The translations under genes were made by a program, and so were the position numbers. Below the pieces are notes generated by a model. The model was not told the origin of the DNA, searched no databases, and saw only the letters and a list, made by a program, of their open reading frames with translations. Shown piece after piece: positions 1 through 13,836 of a DNA stretch of 64,000 nucleotides; the first letter of the stretch is position 1; each line of letters opens with the position of its first letter. The DNA is from Octopus vulgaris (lineage: Eukaryota), in the NCBI GenBank assembly GCA_951406725.2, contig OX597815.1:20150001-20214000 (forward strand), in the 5' to 3' direction.

Positions 1-294
1 CACCATTATGACGACTATGCGATGGCTCTTAGTATCAAAGAGTAAGAACCTGGCATAGGTACAATTCAAAGGCTTGAGACACAATAAAATTGTATCACTG
101 GCAATTGTGAAAAACGCACAATATAGTAAACCCAGACAGACCAACAAAAATAGTTGAAGCTGATCGGCTGAAAATGTTATAAGACAGGTAAGAAAAACTG
201 GAACATTCAAAACCGGATATATATGTAACCTGCTCATTCGATACCAGGGTTAAGTAAAAGGAAATCGAATTATTAGATAAGTACCAGAAACTAA

Positions 295-679
295 TGTGGA
301 GGCGCAATGGCCCAGTTGTTAGGGCAGCGGACTCGCGGTCGTAGGATCGCGGTTTCGATTCCCAGACCGGGCGTTGTGAGTGTCTATTGAGCGAAAACAC
401 CTAAAAGCTCCACGAGGCTCCGGCAGGGGATGGTGGTGAACCCTGCTGTACTCTTTCACCACAACTTTCTCTCACTCTTTCTTCCTGTTTCTGTTGTACC
501 TGTATTTCAATTGGCCGGCCTTGTCACTCTCTGTGTCACGCTGAATATCCCCGAGAACTACGTTAAGGGTACACGTGTCTGTGGAGTGCTCAGCCACTTA
601 CACGTTAATTTCACGAGCAGGCTGTTCCGTTGATTCGGATCAACCGGAACCCTCGTCGTCGTAACCGACGGAGTGCTTC
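295..679 (+). mobile_element. tRNA-derived SINE, family A, full length
   Basis: Pol III A box (TGGCCCAGTTGTTAGG) and B box (GTTTCGATTCC). 13-bp TSD TACCAGAAACTAA at 282-294 and 680-692. Near-identical copies at 23030 and 31642. Confidence 0.92.
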
Positions 680-2580
680 TACCAGAAACTAAAGTGAGAA
701 TTATAAAGGCTTTGGAACAGTAGAGCGTTGATGGTTATTCCTATTACAATAGGACCATTAGATACAGTGTCCAAAATAATATCTCCCTAATAACGTGGTG
801 AGAGAGAACAGTTCCCTCCTTGGCCATACAACTCTGACTTCCTCAGCTCTTCTGCGATATCTCACTCAGATTCAATTTTTCTGTGTTGCAAGCGACACTG
901 GTTGTACTTGTTTGCTGATTTGTTTTCACTAATAAGGTTATGTCATTATGTCAATGTTTTTCGTTTGTCTTGTCGAGACAAAGAATCAAGTTTTTTCATT
1001 TATTTCGTTACAAATGTCTACTTTTCTTTGAATTGTTTATTTTTATTCTTTATTTGTTTACTTGTTAAGTTGTTTTTATTTTTATTTTTGTCTTTGCGAT
1101 TCGTGTGTTATGACGTGTATCTTTTTGTTTCATAACAATTTTTACAACTCCAAAAAGAAACACAGTATGTCAAAAATAACCTATCGTTTTTTGCTAATTG
1201 TAGTCAGAAATATACTCCAAAATCATTGAGAATTTGTAATTTTTTAATTAATCCAAATATAAGAAAAGCTTTCAATCCACTTCGAAAAGTAAAATTTATC
1301 AAAATTTTCAGGACTACAAGGAACAACAAAAGACAACTCAAAGGTGAATAATTGTAAAAAAAAAATCCTTTTTGCTATAGACACAAGCTCTGGAATTTAG
1401 CTGGAGGGTATTAGTCGACTACAATGGTTTCAAATTTTGGCACAAGGCCAGCGAGTTTAGGGGAGGGAATGAGTTGATTACACCGACCTCAGTGCTCAAC
1501 TGATACTTGTTTTATCGACCTCAAAAGAGTGAAAGGGAAAGTCGATCTCGGAAAAATTTGAATCCAGAACGAAAAAGTGGATTAGAAGGACAGGCAAAAA
1601 AAAAAAGACGGGTCATTCTTGGCATTCTTTCACCAGTCAAGTCCCAGAAGTCACGACCATTTCGGGCAGTTACACTTGAGATGGTTCGATCTGGTTTCCC
1701 CCAAAAAAGGCTAAGTTTAGAGCATTAGACCCCTTTGTAAGAAAGCTAGCGAATGTTTACGGCAACAAAGACAAAAAGAAAAAAAAGGGAGAACATGGTA
1801 CACAATTAGGAATACAAACAACAAGAAATAACAACAGGCGTCTTTCGACTGAGAACGAATCAAATTGAGCTGGCGTGTATGAAGTGAAAGCCTAAAGGCA
1901 AGAACATGGGAGATGGACACAAGAGGTGTTGACGGTCGGCAGTCAGGTCAAGAAAGAAAGATCATGGCTGGCTGGACACCGGTCACATGAAAGGAGGAAA
2001 GATGGGTAGGGGACAGCGGGATTGAAGGATTAGAAAAAAAATCAGAGACAAAGAGAAAAGTACAGGGGAGATAAACAAGTGGGAAATAGTAGGAGTTAAA
2101 GACAGAGAGTGCCAAGAAATGTGAGAGAATGGGATCGAGAAAAAGGAAGGAAAATGAGAGGGGGAATAAATGATAAAGTAAGAGTCGTACAAAATTTAGA
2201 TACATACCTTCTATAAGGCGAGCACAAGGGTGTACGTATGCCACTATGCGTGTGTGTGTGTGTGTATGTGTGTGTATGTATGTGTGCGTGTGCGTGTGTG
2301 TGTGTATGTATGTATGTATGTATGTATGTATGTATGAATGTATGTATGTATGTATGAATGTATGTATGTATGTATGTATGTATGTATGTATGTATGTATA
2401 AAAATGGAACAAAAACGCAATAGAGGGCATTAAAACGTTCAGATAGATAGACGATACAAAGGAGGACAAGAGAAACAATAAGAAGGGCAGGCCAAAATAA
2501 GACGGGTCATTCTTGACTTTCTTTCATCAGTCAAGTCCCATCACGTGAACTACGATGAAAAGAATGTGAGAAAGATATGG

Positions 2581-2997
2581 TACTCTTTACTCTTTTACTC
2601 TTTTACTTGTTTCAGTCATTTGACTGCGGCCATGCTGGAGCACCGCCTTTAATCGAGCAACTCGACCCCGGGACTTATTCTTTTGTAAGCCCAGTACTAT
2701 TCTATCTGTCTCTTTTGCCGAACCGCTAAGTAACGGGGACATAAACACACCAGCATCGGTTGTCAAGCAATGCTAGGGGGACAAACACAGACACACAAAC
2801 ACACACACGCATATATATATATATATATATATATATACGACGGGCTTCTTTCAGTTTCCGTCTAACAAATCCACTCACAAGGCTTTGGTCTGCCCGAGGC
2901 TATAGTAGAAGACATTTGCCTAAGGTGTCACGCAGTGGGACTGAACCCGGAACCATGTGGTTGGGAAGCAAGCTACTTACCACACAACTACTCCTGC
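2581..2997 (-). mobile_element. tRNA-derived SINE, family B (CORE-like; resembles octopus OR2-type)
   Basis: On the minus strand: tRNA-like head (GGTTCAGTCCC B box), ACCTTRGGCAA CORE-like motif, internal (TA)/(TG) tract and (TAAAAGAG)n tail. Many copies in the window. The family name is from memory, not a search. Confidence 0.85.
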
Positions 2998-3829
2998 TAT
3001 ATAATTTTTTTTTTTTGTGCAGGGGTTCCTAGAGACATGTAATTCATTTTAAGGGTTGCGCATGAGTAAAATCGTTGAGAAACACTGGTTTATACTGTAT
3101 AAGTTCTTGCTTAAGTGTCAAGGGAAATAATTGTGTTATATAAAGGAATAGCGAGGGATGTTCTTAGTTCAGTAGCGGAGGTTGACAATTGGTTGAGAGG
3201 TCTATGCAACGAGTGGACTTAGAATGAGGTGATAGGCAGCCGGCTGTTTAGAGAAACAGAAAGTATCATAGCAGCCGAAAGAAGAAATAGGAAGCAGTGA
3301 AAGTTTGTGAGTCAGTGGTTAGAACGTAATACTGATTGGGTTGCTGCCAATGAACCAATTAACTGAATAGTCTTTAGGAAGCATACGTGGAAACGAAACG
3401 ATATAGTTTGATACTATAATTCCAAAAGCTCTTTGCTTTCTCTTGAGATCATCTGCACATTCGCCATATTCTCTATATCTGATTCACAATTTATTATTGA
3501 TGAGTTAGCGTTTGACCAAATTAGATTCCAAATAAACTAAAACAAAATTCATTTATGTAATTTATATTATTGATTATCGTAGTGATTTTTCGAAATAATT
3601 TCAGATGTTTCGTGCTTTTCAATCAAATGCTTCTCATAGGAGCCCAAATGTTCTCCATATACAGCTGAATTACTATTTTTTACTGTTTGAACTGTACACA
3701 CCATTTCATAAAATGCATAGTTATATTGTGGAAGAAACACTATTAACAAATAAAATATACGGGGCAAAGAGGTTATTCAATCACAGCAACATATATGTGG
3801 GTATGTGTATGTATATGCATGCATCATAT

Positions 3830-4223
3830 ATGTGTGTGTGTGTGTGTGTGTCTCTTGTGTGTGTGCGCGCGCATGTATGTATGTATACACGTACATATAT
3901 GTGTGTATATAACTATATATATGTACATATATGTGTGTGTGTGTGTATTTATGTATGTATGTATGTATGTATGTATGTATGTATGTATGTATTATATACT
4001 ACATATCTATGCATATATATATACATGTATGTACGCGTGTCTGTCTGTACGTATATACGTATATAATATACGTATATAGATATGTATATACACGTAAATG
4101 TATATATGTATGTGTGTGGGTGTATGAATTCATATCTGTATATATGGATATATATGCACAAAGATATGTATGTGCATGTGTGTATGTGCGTGCGTGTATA
4201 TTTGTGTGTGTGTGTGTGTGTGC

Positions 4224-4264
<41 letters not shown>

Positions 4265-4793
4265 TTGTGTGAGTATGTGCGCACGCGTTCATGTATTTAT
4301 GTGTGTGTATGTATATATATACACGTACATATATGTGTGTGTATAGAACTATATATAAGTATATATATATATATGTGTGTGTGTATGTATTATATACTAC
4401 ATATCTATACATATATATATACACGTATGTACGCGTGTCTGTCTGTACGAATATACATATATATATACGTATATTGATATGTATATACACGTAAATGTAT
4501 ATATGTATATTGATATGTATATACACGTAAATGTATATATGTATATTGATATGTATATACACGTAAATGTATATATGTATATTGATATGTATCTACACGT
4601 AAATGTATATATGTATATTGATATGTATATACACGTAAATGTATATATGTATGTGTGGGGATTTATGAATTCATATCTGTATATATGGATATATATGTAC
4701 ATAGATGTGTATGTGCATGTGTGTATGTGCGTGCGTGTATATTTGTGTGTGTATGTGTGTGTGTGTCTGTGTGTGTGTGTGTGTATGTGTGTG

Positions 4794-4826
<33 letters not shown>

Positions 4827-4840
4827 TTTTGTGTGCGTGC
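3830..4840. repeat. Compound microsatellite block duplicated in tandem, containing a 36-bp minisatellite x5 (4471-4650)
   Basis: Unit ATATTGATATGTATATACACGTAAATGTATATATGT. Anchors such as ATGAATTCATATCTGTATATATGGATA occur twice. Confidence 0.85.
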
Positions 4841-7414
4841 TGTTTAATGTCTAGCAGAAATATTATTATGATACTTGTAAACAAATTTGAATAAACATTG
4901 AATGTATGTCAAACTGGTTTCTTTCGTCTGTCAGTATTACAGATCTGTATTAACTGTCATAATATCGTGAAGAGCATTTCCGTTCAAAGGTTGACAAGGT
5001 TTATTGAAATTGATTAATATTCCTCTTTTGCTCATCAATTCAATCTGATTTTATGAAATAGAAAGTTCAGCAACAAGAAGAAGAAGAAGAAAATAAAAAA
5101 AAAAAAAAAAAAAATAAATGAACAATAGCATTGCTATCTACAAAGATGAGATTGTGTAAAAGTAGAGACTGCTGGCTTTCAACCAGTATAAAAGGTAAGA
5201 GTCGAACAAAGAAACACTTCAATTGATTCCCGAAGAGAAACTATCTCGTTAATGATCGATACATAAAGCACGAATATATAAAGCAACGAGACTTTATCTT
5301 TCTTTTTTTTTTTTTTTTTTTCTTTTTAAAACCTGCTGCAAATATAATTCGCAGTGAATAGCGTCAGAGACGAGATACCGTGGTGGATAAAATTCAAATG
5401 TATCGTATATTGCTTATTCCCAACTTTTTTGTCCTTCATCTTGAAAACTACTTGTAATAATAATTATATTGATTTCTCTTTAGCAAGGCACAAGGCCACA
5501 TTAAGCAGGGCAGAAACTTACTCAATTGAATCAACCCTTTCCCTCCCCCCCCCCCCTGCCCCATTATGATATTATCGCTTATACTTATTTGATCTAGAAG
5601 ATATTAATAGCAAGAGTTGAACTAATTAACTAGAAGAGCAGATGGTGATCTTTGTAAAGCATCATGTCTCGGCACGTTGCTAGTATTGACAAAGATCTCT
5701 TTTATATGCACAAAAACCTTAAGTTTATAGAAAGGAAATGTGATTGCGTGATGCTCATTCCATTGTCCAATTGCATTGGGTAATATAAGTGAAGGGAAAT
5801 TGACGTAATCGAATATTGAAACTCAGCTCTACTTCACTGGATTAAGGGTAAGTTCCCTACAACCCGTAACACGTGTTCTAGTTACGATTCCTAATCTACG
5901 CCATTTCCTTTTGGCTTAGATTGTTGATGCTCTGGGAAAATAGGTTAATGTCATAAACCCTCACTTTTCAGTGTATTCAAATCCAAGACTTCAAAATAAA
6001 TAATATCCATATTTTGAGTGCGTGCGTAATTTGCTGTTGTCGTTGTTGCTGTTACTCTTGTTTTTGTTGAGCCCTAGGTCAGCCCGATTAAGGATACCGA
6101 TATCAAAAGTGTTCAAACTGAGACCATAACTGTGGGTATGAATCCCTTTGCTTGGTCTATCCATCGTTCGGCGGAAGCGTCGAACTCCCGTTTCATCCCT
6201 GTTTTCTTCATTTGTTTCATGAAACCCCTTTTACTTGGGTCCCATCTCAGCCAACATTCAATTACAATCTTATTTGCCTCTTTTTTCCCATTTCATTTTC
6301 CTCCATCTGCACTTTTGACTTCGATTCTACTCCTGATCAATGACGTAATGACGACCTGCCGAGGGTTGATCCGACACTCCTTACCTGCTGTGCGCGACAA
6401 CTTCCCTGTTAACAGTTACGGTCCCGTTAACTCAGATTATTACTTGAATTTAACATCACTCATTTTTAGGTATAAAGTTGTACAATTACCAATATTTTTA
6501 TCGTGACTACCATCATTAGGTGGGTTACCAACCAAGGCTCAAAAAGTCCACACCTACCCTCATATACACTGTTGGATAGCCGTTGATTCCCATAAGCTCA
6601 ACCGTCCTTTGATGAGCTTTGTTTTCCTTCCTGCAAGTTGTCCAACTACCACGGTCCTCACCAAGCACGCAGGTTTAGCCGTCGACGACCCAATCACTAG
6701 TATGCTTATTTCAAACTTAATTTACAGCATGCATTCACCAACACCAGGAGCTGGAAGACGTTCTCTCCACAGCAACGCAATAAAACAAGTACAAAATATA
6801 CAGCTGCGCCCCAACCCGTGGCTATTCTCACCACCACTGCTTGGTCTAAAACATTTGCCTTAATATTCTTTATGAATATTATTATTATTACTCTAGTTAT
6901 AATAACTATTATTACCATCCTCGCCACAACCATTATAATTGTCTTTATTATTATTTTACTAATGCTACCACTTTTACTATCACTATTACTAACAATTTCA
7001 CTCTCACTACCTCTATCACTATTCTGTCACAATCTTTACCACTCTTTTTTTTTTTCAAGATTTCCAGTACAGGTAACAGGGTGGGGTCGGGTGGGCGCAT
7101 CGCCGAAACGCAGGTATGCTTTCAACGTTGCAGATATAAGTAAAACACAATAGAAATTTAAACTGAAATTTGCTGAGAAAAAGAAAACAAATTAATTATT
7201 TACAATGTTATTCTTCATGTAAAAAAAGTAAACAAATGGTTTTTACCAAGCCTTTTCATTCCTACTTACGATTCCATTAGCACAAACTACGATTCTTAGG
7301 ACTAAGCGAAAGAGAAAAAAATACGATACATGAATATTTAAATACCTAGTACTATTTTGAGGTTGGACAGAGTGAGTCAATAAACCTTCCGATATTGATG
7401 AGAAGCGAAAATTC

Positions 7415-7434
7415 ATTATTATTATTATTATTAT

Positions 7435-7496
<62 letters not shown>
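7415..7496. repeat. (ATT)n(AGT)n microsatellite
   Basis: Seen directly. Confidence 0.95.
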
Positions 7497-7812
7497 TATC
7501 TTTATCACAGGTTTTGTTGGAGCTCCTGGAGTCATGCATGCGTAGCGGCCTTACTACCTGCAGCCCGTGGTACCATGCTATTCACTCTTTTCAGCTATCT
7601 AATACTTTTATGATTATTCTGGCCGTGCCAAAGAGGTAAATCTTTTGTAACAGGTCTACTGAGCACTCTATTCCAGTTTCCTTTATATTCCTCTTGAAGC
7701 CTTCTGATACTGTTCCCAAGAATCCAACAATAATTGGCACTGTCTTCACCTTCTTTATTTTCCATAGCCAGGCTTTTTCGTACTTAAGTAGGTTGTATCT
7801 ATCTATCTTTTC
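7497..7812 (-). mobile_element. 3' end of an RLE-type non-LTR retrotransposon (R4/Dong-like)
   Basis: Minus frame reads EKIDRYNLLKYEKAWLWKIKKVKTVPIIVGFLGTV...LLQKIYLFGTARIIIKVLDS* (stop at 7591-7593). A short 3' UTR runs into (TAC)n(TAA)n. Confidence 0.8.
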
Positions 7813-7814
7813 GC

Positions 7815-9200
7815 CTTGAATTAAACCGAAATAGAATAGAGGGAGATCTAGTTAAGAAAATAGAAGAGGCACTTAGAACTGGTATCGTGTCCAACGTACT
7901 GGCGGCGAAGCTGGCCCTCGACCAACACTTCAACGCCAAACACGAAGGATACGTTGGCAGAGCTAGGATGCGTGCTCTGAGGAACGGAGTTGAAGCCGCA
8001 CAAGAGGCCCGAGTGGCGGAGGCGCAACGGCGCAACGTGGCAACAAAACCACCATTAGGTCTCTGACAGATAAACAAGGGCGCGAATGACCCGAGTCCAA
8101 AAGGATGTGTGAGGCCTTTCAACAGCACTTTGCCCGACTGTTCGGGACGACTGGTAAGTCAGAATGCAGGGTGGACTTTAGTGCCTACCTGCATGGCCCG
8201 CCACGACTCTCACCAAGAGGGGCGGAATGTTGTGATAGGGTCGACCATCGCTACTTGGAGGCTGTCCTTATAGCGGCTCGTTTCGGTCCCATCTTCTGCG
8301 ATTGATGGCTGCCTTATACAGCGGCATCAGCTCGATAGTTCGCGTAAATAGTCATCTGTCCATGCCTTTTAACATCACGCGTACGGTCTGTCAAGGATGC
8401 CCCCTCTCGTCGCTTCTATACGTATTGACTCTAGAGCCACTACTACGGAAGCTGGCAACGCTGGGGGGCATCCCGTGTGAACTGGGATGTGAGAGGAGCG
8501 TGTCTGCATACGCGGACGACGTCACTATGATAGTGTTGAGCCACAGGTAAAACAACCTAGTCGGCAAGACACTAAAAGAATACGAAGTGGTAACGGGAGC
8601 GAAAATTAACTGGAAAAAGTCAGTGGGCTTGCGGCTCGGCACCTGGAGAAGCAAGTCCATGCCGTCCAACAGCGTCTTCATCGTAGGACGCTGGACCGAC
8701 GGACCGATCGAGTTGCTCGGGGTATGGTTCGGTCCGGACCAAATGGAGAAGAACTGGGCGGAGATAAAGAGTAAGGTAGCCACCCTCACCCAGCAATGGG
8801 CCAAGAGGAAACTATCCCTAAAATTACCGTCTGACCGTCGTGCCTTGTCACGACCCTACCATCACCAAACTAAAACGCATACTCTTCCGTTTTTTTTTTT
8901 GCGGAAGGGAAGCGTTCCGATGGTTAGGCCATCCATTTGCTGTCAACACCCACTAAATGGAGGTCAGGGTATGCCGTGGTTGATGATGCGCAGACATGCG
9001 CTGAGACTGTGACATCTCCGGCACTTCATAGACGGCACTTCATAGACGCCGTTTATGCGGCGCGCTTTTTCGCAGCTCATCTCTTTGACCGAACTGCAGT
9101 CATGGACCAAACAGAGACCGAGGCTAGGCGAATGGCACCGCGAGTGCCGCTTTGCTCTCAAGCAACTCTGCCGTCCAGGACCAAACTTGTGCGACTTCAG
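7815..9200 (+). pseudogene. Decayed L1/Tx1-clade reverse transcriptase (ORF2 fragment with internal deletions)
   Basis: VRVNSHLS.PFNITRTVCQGCPLSSLLYVLTLEPLL, SAYADDV, GAKINWKKS, LLGVWFG and PLNGGQGMP. It is a GC-rich island with stops and frameshifts. Confidence 0.9.
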
Positions 9201-11590
9201 TGATTTTGTTTTTACCATTTATCAGCAGACATGAGCGTGGTTAAAACAATTTGCTTCGTTCCAGGTTCAAGCCCACTATATAACACTTTGGTAAATTTCT
9301 ACTACATCCTCGTGTCCATCAAAGCCTTTTTATTAAAATTTGGTTGATGGAACTGTATGGAAACTTGTTGGTGGGGGGGGGGGGTCAGTCTTATCCTTGG
9401 ATGATATACATATAATCGGTTTAACAGCAATACTTGGTACTCTGGATGCCTTTAGTGAAGTCCTCTATGTTACAAGCATTCAGGCTGAATCTCTGATCTG
9501 AGCATAACTTCCTCCTCCTTGTTACACGGGCCTTGAAAACGATCATGAATGCTACTCTTCCTCTTTTCACTAAGCTCTATTAAAACTAATTACAAACAAA
9601 ACAAAGATGGATAGTTTGCTTATTATCTTATAGGCAACTTCAACGGATAGTTTCAAATGTATGTGATTTTGTAGGGATTAGTGCACTAATGTGTGTGCGT
9701 ATATTTATGTGTATGTTTGTGCATGTATATTCATGCAGATGTTGCATGTGTGTATTGTATCTATATGCACATGAATTGGTGCGTATCTCTTTTACTTTTG
9801 CCGGTTTCAGATCATTCGATTGTGACTATGATAGTGTATTGGGTCTAACCAGGAATTTGTAAACTGGTACTTATTTTAACGACCTAGGCGAGATCAGAAC
9901 TCAAAACAAAAAGAGAAATAACCAAATACCATAAGGGTTATTTTGTCTAACCTTTACTTATTCTGTTTGATCATCTGCATACGTTACAAAACACTCTAGT
10001 ATTTGGTTGAAAATATGAATCTCATATCATAAGGGAAATTAAGATCAATGTCAATGTTGATACAATGAAGTCTATACTGACGTTAATAGTCTGAAGTATG
10101 TACAAATTTTCGTATTCTGAAGTCCATATCAACCTTAGTACCTTGAAGTATAGTTTGAAGTATACTTTGAAGTATAACCAGTATTATTTTCTACCTTCAG
10201 TTTTAAAATCTGAAAGCAAAATATTCGTTTTCAACAGACGCTGACCACTTTACAATGCCCTTGCTAACATTTATTGATAAAATATGAATTTAAACACGAT
10301 GCATCATACGCTGAAATATCATGTCAGACGAGTGCGACTAATTAATTCCGAATATAAAGACTGATCTGCTTTTCTCAATGAATTGAACTATTACAATACA
10401 ATAGAAAAGGACAACAGAAAATTTATCGATGTGACCGAATATCCGGAAGTGCAAAAAGGCTTTTGTTTGTCAGTATAAAGCGAAGAAGGAGAAATCAAGA
10501 AATTGTCGTCTCCAGTAACTTCAAATAAAAGCAAATAAAGCTTTCTTGTTAAAGAAAATCAGTTGGGTATGTTTCGAGCGTTGTTTGTTGGGTCAAGATA
10601 ACTTAACTGTTAACAAAGAAAATCAAAAGAAACTCTTGTGATATCAACTTGTTTAAGGTTGAATGGATGGACAAACTATTTTTCTTTGATGTTGCTTCAA
10701 CTGTTTTAAGAACGTTCGGATAAACTATTAATGTAAAATCAGTGTGGAGTAGGCAAATACTGGATATCTAAGGGATAAAAAGCAAAAGTCAATTATTTTA
10801 TTTAACATCAATAAAATGATGATATGCAAAAAAAGTGGATAATAATGGACTGAGGATAGTGGTTAGATAAAAGTGTATTTCGTGCAAATGACTCTATCTC
10901 TCCATAAATTCAATGTCTCAGACACAGTCAATCCACTAGTGAAGTGCTTCATCCTCAGTCAACTCATAAGACGAGTCAGTCAATTAATAAGATCTGTGTA
11001 TGTCTCAACTCCTGCTAATCCAGGAGACTAATAAATACTTTTCTAAGGTAGTCATGCATTACAGGTGTCTTTCGACGAAGGAAAAACTATTCTGCTATTT
11101 AAGTAACATAGAATATGGCAAATATATATATTGTTTTTGTTTAGAAACTTTGCAGTAAATCTTGCGATCGAAACGACAGATGGAAAGGTTTTGTTCCTTA
11201 AAAACTCTTCGTGAGAACATATTAATCTTCAAATAATATTAGTCTTCAAATAACTCGTTTTTATTGAACTTCCTTATGTATATATATAATTGAATGTATG
11301 TAAATACATGTACATATTCTTTGTGTGCATGTGGGTACATGCGTATCTACGTGTCTATAGCTCTCCTCTGTAACCTCTCTATCCGGCATTCGCTATGATA
11401 GATCGCTAGCCACTACACATTCCATATTTTCTCTCCCTGTTCCTTTCTGTGTTCCTTTCTGTGGAAGAGCGTAGGCTCGAAACGTTAAAGACTTTTCATT
11501 TCCCGAGCGTTAAACTAATACATCTGTTTGTTGTCTACACCACCTGTCTTCGTCTATTGGGGTTTTTTTGTGAATTCTCCCTATATATAA

Positions 11591-11640
<50 letters not shown>

Positions 11641-12049
11641 CCACCCAGCGAACATCCACCATGGGTCATCACAATTGCTTAAGGTAAAAATGAATTCCTC
11701 GCTCTTTCGGAAACATCAATCTTCTGTATTGACCGCTTTCCACCACTTTGATCTGTTTTTGTATTGAATACATATCGCCACCGTGGGCCACTGCATCGAA
11801 CACTTTGAACATATACTTCAAACTATATATCAACTATACATGAAATATTTATCAACTATACATGAACTCTAAGATGTCTGACTCCGTTGTGTATTATAAA
11901 TGAATTTCTTGTGTTTGACGGCATGAGCTGTCTTTTTTTATATATAACTTTTTTTGATAAGGTTCATTTCAAGAACTGAAACATGTTATAATGTATATAT
12001 AAAAATTAAAAATTGTATAATACAGCAGCATTTTCGAACTTCATTTTTT

Positions 12050-12102
<53 letters not shown>

Positions 12103-12333
12103 CATACACACACACACGCATGTATATATATGTATGTATGTATTATGTATGTATGTATGTATGCATTTATGTGTATATATGTTTGAGTATGTGCATGTGT
12201 GTGAATATATATATATATGAGTGTGCGCGTGTGTGTATGTAAGTAGATATATATGTGTGTGCGTGTGTGTGCGTGTGCAAACGTGTGTGTACATACGAGC
12301 ATCTGTGTATGTATATGCGTGCGAGTGTAGGTA

Positions 12334-13593
12334 CAGGGTGAGGAACCAAAACTTGGAAAATAATAGATATTTCACCAAATTGTTTATATTACAACAACCA
12401 GCAACCTGACATAAATATAATTTTAACACAAGTTTGTAGGGGACAACTTATTCAATATGTCCGCCTTCATTGTCCAGCACAGCCTTCACACGCCGCTTGA
12501 AGGTGTTACAACTCTTCGTGATGAAGTGCTCAAACATATTGTCCCACTCTTCTCTCAGGATTTGCTTAAGATGATCAAGACTTGGATGCGAAGTTGTGTC
12601 GATAGAGGGCTCCAATTTGCCCCATACAGCACAGTCCAAAGGTTCGAGTCTGGGCTAGAAGTTGGCAGGCCAAAAGGCAGCGAAGTTCTCTTCGCAGAAT
12701 TTCTGCACTTTCTTCGCCGTATGAGCAGAGGCACCATCTTGGCTCCACACATAATTACCGTTTGGGTAGTTAGACTTCAGCCAAGGCAAAACCTTATACC
12801 GTAGGACTTTATAATAAACTTCAGCCCCAACTTTTTTCCCCAGACTTGGAAAAATGGAGAGGATTTTTTTCCATCAGACGCCACCACTCCGAGTATCATG
12901 ACTTTAGCTGGGGGCTTGGTCCTAAAGACGCCCTCTACTTCAGATGGTGACTTATCAATGTATAGATCATTGCAACGGTTTAAAACAGTATTTATCGGTA
13001 AAGATTGTTTTCATCTGAAATGATTTTGACGGTTGTGCTTCAGATATCGCAACACTTTTTTTGCCCCTTTCCCGCCATCTGGCTTTCATTGCATGAGTCA
13101 ATAGGTGTCTCGGGGTCTTCACGTATGACTCCAAATGTAAATCAATGTGTAAAGAATTTCTGATGGTCTTTGGATCAACTTTCATGCCCATGGACAGTTT
13201 TCTCATAGATGTTGTTGGGTCTTTCGAAATTTTGGCTTTGAGAGATTTAAGAAATGCATTATACCGTTTTTTTTTTATTTATGCCTCCGCTTCCTTGCTC
13301 TCTCTTGATGCTTCCCATATCCAGCATTCGGTTCTTAACGTTGTAGACAGTGCTCATAGTGGAACCGACAGTCTCAGCGATACGTTTAATTGCAACTCCG
13401 GTACGAAGCAAATCTGCAATGCGTTGTCTCTTGGTTTCTCGTGGACATGCTAGATCGTATGACTGCAACTTCTGCTTAAATTAACTCTCTATACCTCCAC
13501 CCTGAAATAGAAAACAATATTTTAGTATTTACGCTCAGGAATATATGAAAATTGAGGCTTCCAAAATATTCCAAGTTTTGCTTCACCACACTG
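12334..13593 (-). mobile_element. Full-length decayed Tc1/mariner transposon (maT/Bmmar1-like)
   Basis: Imperfect TIRs (CAGGGTGAGGAACCAAAACTTGGAA / TTCCAAGTTTTGCTTCACCACACTG) flanked by TA. About 1.26 kb long. Confidence 0.9.
12448..13468 (-). pseudogene. Frameshifted Tc1/mariner transposase
   Basis: HTH region (IAETVGSTMSTVYNV; MRKLS..VDPKTIR), WSQDGASAHTAKKVQ, SSPD.N/PLDCAVW, SHPSLDHLK and C-terminal GGHIE, spread over several frames. Confidence 0.88.
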
Positions 13594-13779
13594 TATGTTT
13601 ATATATGTGTATATATGTGAGTGCGCGTACATATCCGTATATGTGGGCGTGCGTGTATATACGTATGTATATGTATGTGTAGGTGTATGTGTATCTGTAT
13701 ATACATGTATATGTGTATATATATATATGTGTGTGTGTATGTATATGTATATATATATGTGTATATATGTGTGTATATG

Positions 13780-13836
<57 letters not shown>

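Noticed and set aside
296-375. Functional tRNA genes at SINE heads
   Set aside because: A and B boxes are present, but there is no clean cloverleaf or acceptor stem, and each continues into a repeated body with a TSD.
6132-6863. ORFs 6132-6506 and 6609-6863 as genes
   Set aside because: They have alternative starts and no motifs, and are probably decayed repeat sequence.
7797-7808. TATCTATCTATC as the target site of the Tx1 fragment at 7815
   Set aside because: It encodes part of EKIDRY in the R4-like frame on the minus strand, and the junction is several bases away. It cannot be counted as support for TATC targeting.
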